Assembly (NCBI RefSeq): GCF_003704095.1
Contig: NW_020844765.1
Coordinates: 1 to 64,000 of the forward strand
Source: Pocillopora damicornis
Lineage: Eukaryota
Direction: 5' to 3'
DNA length: 64,000 nucleotides
Below are positions 1-12,417 of this stretch, piece after piece. The notes below the pieces were generated by a model, which saw nothing but the letters and a program-made list of their open reading frames with translations, was not told the DNA's origin and made no database searches. Each line of letters starts with the position of its first letter. The first letter of the stretch is position 1. The translations under genes were made by a program, and so were the position numbers.

Positions 1-387
1 AAGGTCTATTGAATATAGTTAAAGTACTGAATTTTACTCCATGACTTACAACTACAGAATATGGAGCTTTTTTATGACTATGTACCAAACAAAAAAAAAT
101 ACTTTCTTGGCTTATTTCCATCAAGCCACCTGATATAATTCAATCAATGTCTTGTTTTCTGTATCCTAAGTCATTGCTCAGTTAGAATTGATACTTAAAT
201 CTTAATTATAATCATTTAAATCCAACTGAATGTATTTCTTTTATTACTTTTCCACTGACTGCCAAACCAGTAAGCCTTGAGGCATTAAACAGTGAGGACT
301 TTTAAAAAGGCCCTATATTGTATACATGTAGCTGCTTTGGGGGAGGGGAGTGGTAAAGTTTCAAATTTGGTTAAGAGTATGTAACAC

Positions 388-443
388 AATAATAATAATG
401 ACAATAATATTAATAATAATAATAATGTTAATAATAATAATAA
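388..443. repeat. Imperfect (AAT)n microsatellite
   Basis: Run of aataataat with few interruptions. Confidence 0.9.
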
Positions 444-1577
444 CTCATTTTTTCCATCATTTGTAGAAAACGCATCTGACCAAGAGTAATTAGTGGAACA
501 TACCAGAATAACCTTTTTATTTATGCAAGGCCTCAGTGGTGCACAGTTATGACATGAAAATTATTTTCTCTCGTGTGAGGCATCAGTCAATTTAGGAATT
601 ACCAAGTGTAAAATATCAAGTCAATATGGTCCAGAAACTACTCATTTTTGTAGAGGGGTCGAAATTATTAGGTTTGCGCACCGTTTTCACTCTATGCACC
701 CTGAGCACTCATACACGCACGCTTCAGATGGATGCTCAACACAACAGCGTCAAAAACTAATCAAGCAAATAACTAAGACGTGCAAAGCTTCCAGGGTTAA
801 TATAAATTTACCGCTATAAACAGTGAAAAGGCCTTACCAGATTTTACTCGTAGCTTCTTTAAAGGTACAACTTCCTATGACGTTCTAACAAGATTATCAA
901 GTTGTCAAATACGTATTTTAATATGATTGATACGAATTGCTCTATTAAGTCGAAATAAGCTTAATTTCAGGAATAAATAAGCGGATTACTGCACTTGCGG
1001 CAAATTTTGTAGTCCATTTAAAAAAGTACTTGGTTCAATTACGCAGTTCACCGAAAGGTTAATGTTGTTTGCCTGCTGGGATTTTTTTGAAATTGAATAC
1101 ATTTTCAAGACCTGTACTCGATAAGGTGCACTTCTTGCGATTGTGCTGCAATCCAGCGAGTCCTTCGGAAAAACATGTCACCGAGAGCAGAGCTTGTAAG
1201 ACACTATTCAGAGGCAAGTATTTCCTTGGTTTGAAATTCCCTTTGGTTCCATTTGATCGTGAGTAGTGTTTAGAATTCACGAAGAAAGGGTATTTTAGCC
1301 AAAGGCAGAAGATTCATATTTGAACGGAGCGTAGCGAAATAAGGTAATATTCTTTCCCGAGAAAATTACAAAAACATAGGGTTAATAAATAACTTCCCAT
1401 TTGTTTTTTCTCGCGCTAGTAACAAAAATGTTTTCTTCCCTATCCCCCTACAATCGCACTTCAACCAGTCGGGGGATGTGAGGGTAGAATTGTTAACAAA
1501 TCATCAGAAGGCTTTATTGCCTAATTGAGCCTGCTGTCTAAGCTCCTTCAGAAAGTGATCCCAAAAAAAATTTCTGC

Positions 1578-2811
<1,234 letters not shown>

Positions 2812-2912
2812 ANNNNNNNNNNNNNNNNNNNNNNNNNNNNNNNNNNNNNNNNNNNNNNNNNNNNNNNNNNNNNNNNNNNNNNNNNNNNNNNNNNNNNNNN
2901 NNNNNNNNNNNN

Positions 2913-4097
2913 TTCTAAAGAAAGTGACCTGTGGTCATTTGGGTGCGTGTTGTATGAATTGTTTTCAGGAGAAAAACCTTTTGTTGCAGATTCTTTTGCA
3001 GAACTTGTCACAAAAATTTTTCACGAAAATGTCCCTCATCTGAGATTAGACATGGAAGGTGCAAAAAATGGAGCATTACATGACCTTGACAATGTAATAA
3101 AAAGACTGTTAGAGAAAGATCCTACACAGCGTTTAGACTGGAAAGATTTGATAGTACACAGCTTTTGGCAAGGTGAATTAGAAAATCAGTTTAAATCTGC
3201 TGATGAAATCAAAGGGGAAGCAGAAACTGAAGATCAGCAAGAATTAAATGATGAAGGAAAGAGTGAAGAGTTACACAGTGGAAATGTTGGGGAAGAGAAA
3301 GAACATGTCGAAACCAAGAGTGATCAATTACATCTGCCAGCACAGATCGTCAGGCAGGGAACATATACCTTCAGCAGCAGGCCACATACGGCTGATCCTG
3401 CTTCAGGTAGTAAGGAAAATGAATCTCTAGGCAAAACCCATACAGTGGTCAGAAGAAAAACATTAGATGATCAAGATGAGAGTGAGTCCAACTCAACTAA
3501 AAATGCAAAAAGAGATTCAACAAATGTAGTTTTTGGAACTTCAGAATCAAAGAACAATAAATCAAACCTGGTGAAACAAAATCGAACATTCAAAAAATCT
3601 GACCTCAATAACCTGAAACAGAATGGACTTAATCAAAGTGAAGCTCAGGAATCTAAAAGTTCAGTACTTCAGGATCAGCAGGTTAAAGACAACAGAAGTC
3701 CAACTCATAACAAAATTTCAGATTTAGTGAATCATCCATCAGATTTTATTGTGACACCAATTGCTGATAACCCTCGCATCAAGAAATTTTCCCTTCCCAA
3801 ATGGGATTCAAAGGCACTACCTTGTCAACCTCTAAAACCAGGAGAGCTTGTGGACCTTCCAAGAGATAAATTTGAAGAGCATTTAACGTCCGTTAGCAGT
3901 TTGTTGAGTCAAAATGACAGAGCAAATGCTGGCCCTGTTGCCTCTCTTCACCGAAGCAAATTACACACAGCATCTTATTTGGCATCACTGTGCCGAGATG
4001 GAGAGATTGTTAATGAAGTCTTTGATTCAGATTTTATACCAGTGATGCTGAGACAGATCAAGTCTGGTTTTTCAGCTGATTTCAAATCAAGACTTGG
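2913..4097 (+). CDS. ULK4: ULK4 fragment (kinase C-lobe, linker and start of the post-kinase region), open frame on a gap-bounded contig
   Basis: SKESDLWSFGCVLYELFSGEKPF..LLEKDPTQRLDW..HPSDFIVTPIADNPRI. No stops, ends at donor G|gtaagt at 4097. The remaining ULK4 exons are not seen in the window. Confidence 0.8.
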
Positions 4098-4627
4098 TAA
4101 GTGTCACAAACAACATGTGCTACCCATACCCCATTTTGAGTATGATAGTGTGTTTCTAAGGTCTGTAAACTCTGCCAAGTATATTCCTGGGCCCAGTTGT
4201 TCAAAGGCCAATTGGGGCAAAGCCAAGGTTAAATTTGCATTCAGCTTTCTTTTATTCCTTTGTTCAAAAGCCTTTTCAGGATATTTTTCTGTATTCTTTT
4301 TAAAGCACCTAATACTGTAATGAAAGTTTAGACAAAAAGAATTGTATTGAATTTTCTTTGAAAACCTCCTGATCTGAATTAAGATCTAACATTAACCCAG
4401 GATTGTCTGCCTAGCTTTGAACAACCTACCCTGGCCATCAGCTAATAGAAGCATACAGTTGTTAGTTTTCTGCATGATTCTCCCTTAGCTCCGGTTGGAG
4501 CATAGGCCATTAACCACTTCCGTCCTCNNNNNNNNNNNNNNNNNNNNNNNNNNNNNNNNNNNNNNNNNNNNNNNNNNNNNNNNNNNNNNNNNNNNNNNNN
4601 NNNNNNNNNNNNNNNNNNNNNNNNNNN

Positions 4628-4652
4628 CGTCGTACAGTATGTAATTCTCCAT
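4628..4652 (-). CDS. ULK4: ULK4 start (MENYILYD...) running into a gap, probably the functional gene start
   Basis: 4628-4737 is a near-identical reverse complement of 1578-1685. Preceded by AAATGGCGG and head-to-head with URI1. Confidence 0.7.
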
Positions 4653-4898
4653 GTTGATAAAGGTAGCAGATCCCGCCTTTTTAATATATTTGTCCCCTAC
4701 AAATATTTTAAAATTTGTAAACAACCGTTCCCCGAATCGACCGCCATTTATTAACTCATTGATACTGTTGTACTATGGGTAATGCCGTGACCATCCTCCC
4801 TTCCTCTGGGGGGTGATGTGCAATTTTCAAGAAGAAAGCATGGCGGATGATCACGGGTAAAGTCGATGTAATTCAGCTAGGACAGTTTTTTGTCGACA
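4653..4898. promoter_or_regulatory. Bidirectional promoter ULK4(-)/URI1(+)
   Basis: ATGs ~250 bp apart; oppositely oriented YY1-like motifs CCGCCATTT (4741) and CATGGCGG (4839). Confidence 0.6.
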
Positions 4899-7800
4899 AT
4901 GTCGGAATTCGCGCAAATATCACGCTTTAAAGAAGAAAATAAAAAGGTAAGGGCAGAATTATAGACTGCAAAAGATAATAATGCGTTCATTTTAAATAAA
5001 TTTTCGAACTATCATTTTAGGCTTTGCTGGAACGCCAACAACGGCTGCTCACGTGGTATGGAATTTACAAGACACTTTCCTTATTCGGGACTCTTTTCAC
5101 TGGTTTGACTTCTTCTACGCGATTTTGTGCATATATGTATCAGGGTTGTGATCAATTTTTTTTATATGTCATGCAGTGAGAGATTCAAGGAAGACTATGA
5201 AAAACTTGAGGCTCTATTGCAGACTCTTCCAAACAAAACATCCCACGAGGTTATGGTGAGTTTTGGTCGTGGAAGGGGAGGAAGCGTTTGAATATCGTAG
5301 TAAAGTTTTAAATTCTTTGAAACCACGGGAACAAGGATCTCTAGTCCATTAAGTACACACCTCATTGACTTGCACTCATACCTGTACCTCAAGCAAAATT
5401 TATAGAAACCCGAAGAAGCACTCTATATTTAACAAGGTAATTTGGTATTATTAACTAAGTTAATAACATAGATTGGCTATGGTTAAGAGTGTCAAAGCTG
5501 ACTTTTTGAGCGTTAGCCCCGTGTCTTTTGCTCTGATAAAGGGCTAATGCTTGAAACATCAGCTTTGAAAATCTTTACAGTTGCCAGTTTATGTTATCAA
5601 CTCAGTTGATGAAACAAAATTACCTTGTTATACTCTCCCATCGACACAGCGCAACAGTCTTTTTAGGAACTTACCCCCCTTTTTACTTTATTTTGTGGTT
5701 TGCTCATGCTTTTCAGAGTGTATGAATTAGGCTATTCATAGAAGAGACATTCATTTTCTCAGCAGCTCTTAGGCTTCTAAGGGTATTGATGGGGTTAATG
5801 CATGCAAGTCCTAAGGTTACATTTACTCTGACAACAGAATGTTAGGTGAAAATGATATAGACTATGATGAATTTTAAAAAAAAAATAATTTTGTCATCAG
5901 GTTCCATTTGGATCTGTGGCTTTTATGCCAGGAAGACTTATTCACACTAATGAGATTATAGTGCTTCTTGGAGACAATTGGTTTGCTGAGCGTTCGGCCA
6001 GTCAAGCTCTTGAAATGGTGGAGAGACGAAAAAAATGTACTGTCTTTAACTTCATGTACATGGTAATGTTTTGTGATGATGGAGGACTCGTAGAAAATTG
6101 CATTTTGTCAGTCTTGCTTTTTATTTGGTCTGTATGTGAGCTGGGATGTTGCATGGATAGGTATATACTGTATTTCTCTTTAAACCCTTAAACTTCCAGA
6201 AGTGATTCACATGCAACTTCTCCCTACAATATCCATACAATACCCAGCAAGCGGGTAATGAGAATACTCAAACTGATCTAACACCAAACTTGATCTAACA
6301 CCAAATTCTTGTAACTAATTTATATGGAAATGTCTAGCAGCTAGAGAGAAGAATTAACAAACAGATCTGGTGAGTTAAAGGGTTAATGATTTTGTGGTGC
6401 ATTTGGAGTTGTAAAGGACTTGGTGCTATAAGGTCTTTATGGTTTGATGATGACTTTGTAAGGATTTAGCCAACAGAAGGTTTTGCACCTAATGATGTTT
6501 GGTCTGATGAACTGAAAACCATTCAAATTTATTGCTCAACTGAAAAGTGTCATTTTCTTATATGGGTTACATAAAGATACATAAATGTGCCATCCAAGTG
6601 TGTTTTTAGTTCACAGTATAAGTGAAACCACTTTATACGCTTAACCCTTTAACTCCAGGAGTGACCAAGACAGAATTTCTCCCTACAATATTAATACAAT
6701 ATGAATCAGGCAAGGAATGAGAATAAAGAAAAATATCAATTAAGTGACTATATGTTAATTCAAATCCAAATTCTCTAAAGTAACATCATAATTATTATAT
6801 AACAGACAGTAAGGAGATTTTCTAATGAGATCATGGGTTAAAAATTTTATATTATTTTTTTTTAACTGGTCTATCTCAGAAGGAGATTAACACAACATTG
6901 TTTTGTTTCTTCTTTTGGTATATTTGTATCAGTTTGTTTAGATCAAGACCAAATTATGCCATGCAACTCCTAGAGGCTTCACTCGCATGTATTTACGACG
7001 ATCTTTCCTTTGTTAGATCTGGAGAAAAATATTGCTGGGATTAAGGAAGACTTGAAGAATTTTGAATCAGCAGTAAACTTTGCCTCAGAAATTCAGTCCA
7101 TTGCAGAGGTAAAGTGCAATAATTTATACACTTAAAAATTACATTGAGATGTTATTTTATTGAGTAAATATTAAGATGCAGTGCTAATTCAGTGGAACTT
7201 GGATATGGTAAAGTCTTTGTGGGAAAATACATGTTTATTGCATACAGGTAGGTTGCATAATTTAATGATGACAAATATTTCCATGCTTATCCTGAAATTC
7301 AGTGTTGAACTGTTCACATTCTGAAAATTATGCAACATTAATACTAGCTGTTTTGCTCAAATAGCCATTCTATCTCTGTGAATAAACAATAAAAATAAAT
7401 TAGTCTGAGGAAATTGTGCTAGAAATGCATGAAATTTTTCCTTTCACTTATTATGGTTTCTTAGGAAAATGCAGATGTAAGAGAAATCAAAGAAGAGCTT
7501 TCATCACAAGAGGAGGAGAGATTTTCAAGTGAGATTTTTTTCTTGTTTTTTTTTCTCAAGAAACTTCTATATTCATTTTTAAACTTAACCCTTGAACTCT
7601 CAATGTGATTGTTAACCCTTTAACTCCCACAATCTCATTAGTAATTGTCCTTACTTTCTGCTATACAGTTTTTTTGATGTTAGTTTGGAGAATTTGATAT
7701 TGGATCAACTTATAATCCCCTAATTGATATTTTTATGTATTTATTCTCATCACTTGTCTGCATAATATTGTGTTGATATTGTAACGAGAAATTCTCTCTT

Positions 7801-10800
7801 GGTCACTCATGGGAGTTTAAGGGTTAATCTCCCCTCTAGATGTTACACATTTCCTGTTGAATTAGTTATAAGAATTTAGTGTTAGATGATAGTAACACCT
7901 TCTGTGTGATAAGTTTCAGTATTCTCATTAACTGTTTGGTGGATAATTTTTGGATCTCATAGGGAGAAATTTCATCTTTTAAAACCAATTCTGGGAGTTA
8001 AAGAGTTAATTTGAGAGCTGTTGATAAAAATAAGTTTTACTTATTTGATGGGGCTGGAATATTTGAATTCCACTGGTTCACAAATTGGGATTACGAGAGG
8101 GGAGTCTATTTCAAATGCACCCCATGATACCTTCTCAGTTACACCTTTGATTAAGTGAAACTTGAAATAAGCTTCACTCTTTAACCGTCAGAAAGTGATC
8201 AACTTGTAACTTCTCTTTGCAATTCCAATATGTTACCTTGCAAACAGGTGAGGAGAGTAGCAGTGATTTCCAGCAAGAGGGTGCCATGTTATCATTACAC
8301 CAAATTTTACTGTCTAATTTACAAGGAACTGTACAGTAGGTAGTAGGGAGACTTGAGGTGGATGACTTTATGATGAGGTTCTAAAGATTTAACCCAGAGG
8401 GCACATATTGTACCCCATGTTGGTGTGGTCTGATGAACTGAAAGTCAGAAAATAAACCTGGATGAAAATTATTTATATCATGCCAGTAGGTGGGCAGGAA
8501 TTTGTAATGTCATGGTTGACTCTTGCTTGCTTTTTGTTTAGAAGTCACTCTTTTATTTATTGGTAGCTCATCATTTACGAAAGGCACACCCTAAGGCTGA
8601 AAGATTTGGTGGTACGAAGAAAGTTCAAGGACTTAAGAGTGATCAAAAGGATACAATAACAATGAAAGGAAATAAGGTACAAAAAGTGTCTTCAGAAGAC
8701 TTGTCTTTGCTTGCAAGACTAGATGAACTGGAAGAAAAGGAAACTAAGAATGCTGAACTAGACCAGGTTGGGAAGGATGATTCTGGTGATGAAAAAAGCA
8801 TAACCACAGGTGAACACACAAACATACAAGGAGATGCAAGATGGGGACTTCATCATAAAGACAAAACAAATGAAACCAAAAAGAAAGTTACTTGGGAGAT
8901 ACATGATGTTAAGGATGAGACTGTGGTAAGCTCAACGGATTCCACTACAAGTGAGGATGATGATGAGAATCATGATAGTGATGATTTACAGACCACAATT
9001 TCAGTCAAGTTTAGCTCTTCATCAGAGCACTCACAAGGGAAGGTTAGTATAAGTTTTTATTGTACTGTGTTGATGTTTAAATACCTGTTATCACTTTCAT
9101 TCCAGAGATCTAAATTTCAATTCTCTACATTGAGCTGTACATTCATACAATTTTTAGCTCTGAGTATTGTGTTAAATCTGATGGTATGCACTACCTGATA
9201 TGTTTCTTACTTCTCAACATCCTTCTGCCTGCAACTTTATCGAAATTGCAAGGGGAAATTCGGTTTTTGTTACACATGAAATTGAAAGGGTTAATATACA
9301 ATGATAATGATAATGATGTACAGTGTAGCACTCCGATTACAAGTACAGTGTAGTGCTCTAACCACACACTCATGTTGCCTCTTGAGTTGGTATTTGTATT
9401 GAGAGGAAAAGATGTAAAAAATCTAATTGTTCTGACCTTATGCTATACTGGAGTTGGTGCTTTGACTTTGATTAAATTATTTTCTCATATCTTGCAGTCT
9501 CCAAAGGATTCTTGTGAAGAACTTACTGTTACAAGCCCAGCAGACATCTACTCACAGTTTGCTTCTAAAAAAGAGTTAAAATCCATTTTGAGAAGGCCTT
9601 CTGCTGAAGAAAAAGACAAAAAAAACTTTGAAGAAGAGAAATCTGTTACTACACAGCAATTTCCTTCTGATATTGTCAAAGATAACACGCAGATAGCAGA
9701 CTTTGACTCTCAGAAGGTTAGTTGGATCAATTGGAGCAGTTGGGAGGGTGTTAACTCTTTAGACTTAACATCATAATGCATATTCTTCATACTGTTCTCT
9801 ATACATTTCCTAGGTTCAAACAAGGAGAATTTGTAAAACCATCACAAGCTTTGTTATTTGCCAATCATTTCCTTTAATTTGATACCTTAATTTGATTCAA
9901 GGGATAGATTGTAAAGAGAAATTAGAACCTTGTCACTCTGTGGGATTAAAGGGTTAAACTTTTAATGTTTTATTGTTCAGTGGTAAATGAGCTCATACAC
10001 TGGGAGATTGCACAGTTAATTCAGAAAAGGGTAGGAATACAGCCTACAGAGGTTATGGTACATCTTGCATCAGTACATGATTCAATTTTCAAAAGGTTTA
10101 CTGTTATGAAATTTCCTTCCACTGCAAAAGGGCTGGGCAAATTGATGGATCCAGTCCCTTCACACCCTCAGTGTGAAGGGACTGGATTTACATGTGAACC
10201 TGTGCTGGGGCAGTTATGCATGACACAATTTTCACAGTACCCTCTCCACCCAAGAGTATAAAATGGTATTGGTGAGAATGTGTGCATGTGTGTGTGGGGT
10301 GGGGGGAGGAAGGGAGGTGGAACTGGGGGAGGGGAGTGGAGGATGTAATGTTATTCCCAGTTGACTCATTCTACACCAAGTGAAAGAATCATCTACGGAC
10401 TCTATGGGGTTAAGTTTTTACAGCTGGCACATGTAAGTGATGATGTGTACTTGCCTGGTTTAATGATGATTCAATTCCATGCTTATGCTGAGAACTTTGA
10501 TATGAGTTCAAGGCAGATATTCTTGATTCTGAAAACCAAGCACCAGTGTTTCTAGAACCATGGTTTTGTGATGGATGACTAAAGAACTAAATCTTAATTT
10601 TCCTTGCCAATATGTTGGTTTGTTGAAGTGCATGTTTTTAAGTATGCATTGATACCAAATTTCTAACTTACTTTTTTTGCCTGTACCTTGATCAGGCATT
10701 TACAGGGAGTATAATTGAAAAGCCTGCTGTGCAGATGATCAGACAAGAGAGTTCTCACTTGCAGGTATGAAAATATTCTTCTTTTGTCAGGAAGAATGGG

Positions 10801-11046
10801 TGAAATACTTCAGACTGTCCAATATATCTCTGAAGGAGATCAAATAATAACAGCAACAATTTTTGTTACTGTCAGTTAAGTTTAATCTACATATGCTTGC
10901 CAACATGATTTTATATGCAAGTCGATTTTGTAGACTTCCACTTACAGATAAATTTATATTTACTCTTCTTTTATGAACAGTCAGGCACATCCCAACCTGG
11001 AAAGAAGCTTTCAAGATTCAAAGCCACAAGACAGAAGCAACAATAA
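4899..11046 (+). CDS. URI1: Unconventional prefoldin RPB5 interactor, 10 exons (4899-4946, 5021-5055, 5177-5255, 5901-6036, 7017-7108, 7465-7528, 8567-9042, 9498-9716, 10696-10764, 10981-11046)
   Basis: Prefoldin-alpha domain MVPFGSVAFMPGRLIHTNEIIVLLGDNWFAERSASQA, LLARLDELE, acidic tract, SPADIY, AFTGSIIEK and C-terminal KKLSRFKATR. GT-AG junctions keep frame. Confidence 0.92.
5492..5680 (+). repeat. Palindromic repeat with degenerate minimal hammerhead core; second copy at 46915-47070
   Basis: TCAAAGCTGAC..GAGCGTTAGCCC / GGGCTAATGCTTGAAACATCAGCTTTGA inverted arms; same 3' tail (AAA.CAAATTA..CCCA.CGA..ACAGT) as the 46915 copy. Confidence 0.6.
6180..6386. mobile_element. ~200-bp TTAA MITE. 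Related copies at ~6641-6841, 9730-9957, 25233-25442, 27804-28015, 30817-31019, 37439-37650, 54513-54727
   Basis: Shared CCCTTTAACT(C/T)CC...GAGTTAAAGGG termini and internal ACCAAATTCT / AGAATTTGGT motifs. Confidence 0.75.
6439..6522 (+). ncRNA. C/D-box snoRNA candidate, family A copy 1 (URI1 intron 4)
   Basis: Terminal stem ATGGTTT/AAACCAT, box C ATGATGA, D' CAGA, C' ATGATGT, box D CTGA. D-guide TGGTCTGATGAA is shared with the copy at 8363. Confidence 0.8.
7258..7330 (+). ncRNA. C/D-box snoRNA candidate, family B copy 1 (URI1 intron 5), snR53/SNORD98-site type
   Basis: Stem TAATTT/AAATTA, C ATGATGA, D' CTGA, C' GTGTTGA, D CTGA. D' guide TTCCATGCTTAT is complementary to the conserved 18S segment AGCAUGGAA. 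Confidence 0.85.
7586..8009. mobile_element. Nested TTAA-flanked MITEs (inner 7612-7828 inside outer 7586-8009), piggyBac-type ends
   Basis: Both have TTAA-CCCTTT(A/G)ACTC...GGGAGTTAAAG(G/A)G-TTAA type ends. The inner element is flanked by TTAA on both sides. Confidence 0.8.
8363..8447 (+). ncRNA. C/D-box snoRNA candidate, family A copy 2 (URI1 intron 6)
   Basis: Stem TGACTT/AAGTCA, C ATGATGA, D' CAGA, D CTGA. D-guide TGGTCTGATGAA is identical to copy 1. Confidence 0.8.
10456..10538 (+). ncRNA. C/D-box snoRNA candidate, family B copy 2 (URI1 intron 8)
   Basis: Stem TGGTTT/AAACCA, C ATGATGA, D' CTGA preceded by ATTCCATGCTTAT, D CTGA. Confidence 0.85.
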
Positions 11047-12417
11047 CACATTCTTAATTGTGATAGCAGTCAAACTGTTTTTTGCCTGACTTTCCCCAGA
11101 TAAGAGGGAGGGGGGAGGGGGGGAGGAGCTGGAAACACAGAGACCTCAATTCCTCCCTTCCATTATCTACCATGCTCTTTAAGAGTGCAATGCTGCCCTA
11201 TAAAAATATTTGAAATAAATCCAATTTTGTGTATGTAGCCTTTGATTCCACCTTTGATGTGTCCAGTCAAGAACTATTAGTGATTAGGAAGAAAACCACA
11301 TGATCATAGTAATTTGATAACTAACAGCATATGATTAAAAGCTGCACAGCACCACCTTCTACCTTACTGGTAGTACATCTCAGGCTCTATGTAGCCCAAG
11401 CCATGCCATCTTTGCCCAGTGTAAAACACACTCAAAACTCTTTATGATCTCCTTATCAGTTCTGACAAAAGCCTATAACCCTTGGTTATAAGGTCATAGG
11501 TCATAAGGTTCTGGTTCCCACTAATTAAGCCCTTATCCAACTAACAATGTTTTTTGCTCCTCACCTTGCACTGATCTTTTTTTTCCTTGAAAATGCCATA
11601 CAATTATGCCTGTTCTGCATGCTAAAGAAACAGTAGAGCAAAATGTGGAAGGTCTAGAATCAATACTAATACTACCAGGCACAGTCAAGCTTTTAGATTC
11701 TTAACCCTGTAACTTCCAGAGGTGACCAAAACAAAATTGCGTTTTAAGAAAAAAATGCATGAGTCATCAGAATAACACGAACTTCACTTCACATCCATTG
11801 TAAGCTGCTTTTGTATCAGCAACAGCATTATAAAAGTCACTTCAATCTATTGCTGCAAGTAAACCAGCTAAAAACTCATTTAAAGTGTCTTAAAAGGCAA
11901 ATCTAGTGTTGGAGGATGCTGGCAACTTTGAGAATCACAAGTTGAGGAGGAGGGGTGATCAAGTTTTTAGCGTGAAACTAAAATCAAAGGTGACAATTTG
12001 AATAGGGCAAGTCGTCTTACCCAAAGTCACGTAACCCAAAATTTTCAGTTCTGTTGGTTGAAATCCTTTGAGGAGCATGGTGGCCAAAGAAAAGGGAAAC
12101 CCTGTGCACACAGGAGTGACAAATAAGTTGAACACAAGTTACAACAAGGAAGAGACTTCAAACTTCCTATCTTTAAAAACTTTATTTTCCATACTTTTTC
12201 CAACTATTAAAATTTACTCAGCAAATGTCAATAGGTCAATAGTTTTCCTAGAGGTCAAGAATCGGTAAAAACCCTGCACAGATCACACTTGCAGTTTTTT
12301 TTCATCCATGCTTGTATCATTCTTAATTGCAGTGACAAGGTGGTGTTTTTTCCTTCCCTCTGAATGAAAACCACACATAGACTTGGTAAACCACTAGTAA
12401 ACTATAGTTGTATATCT

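Noticed and set aside
1059-1280. Short overlapping ORFs on both strands
   Set aside because: No recognisable homology or supportable exon chain.
6502-6520. CTGATGA-ACT-GAAA read as a hammerhead core (also at ~8429)
   Set aside because: No stem II, stem III or cleavage triplet. Box C, box D and terminal stems explain it better as a snoRNA guide plus D box.
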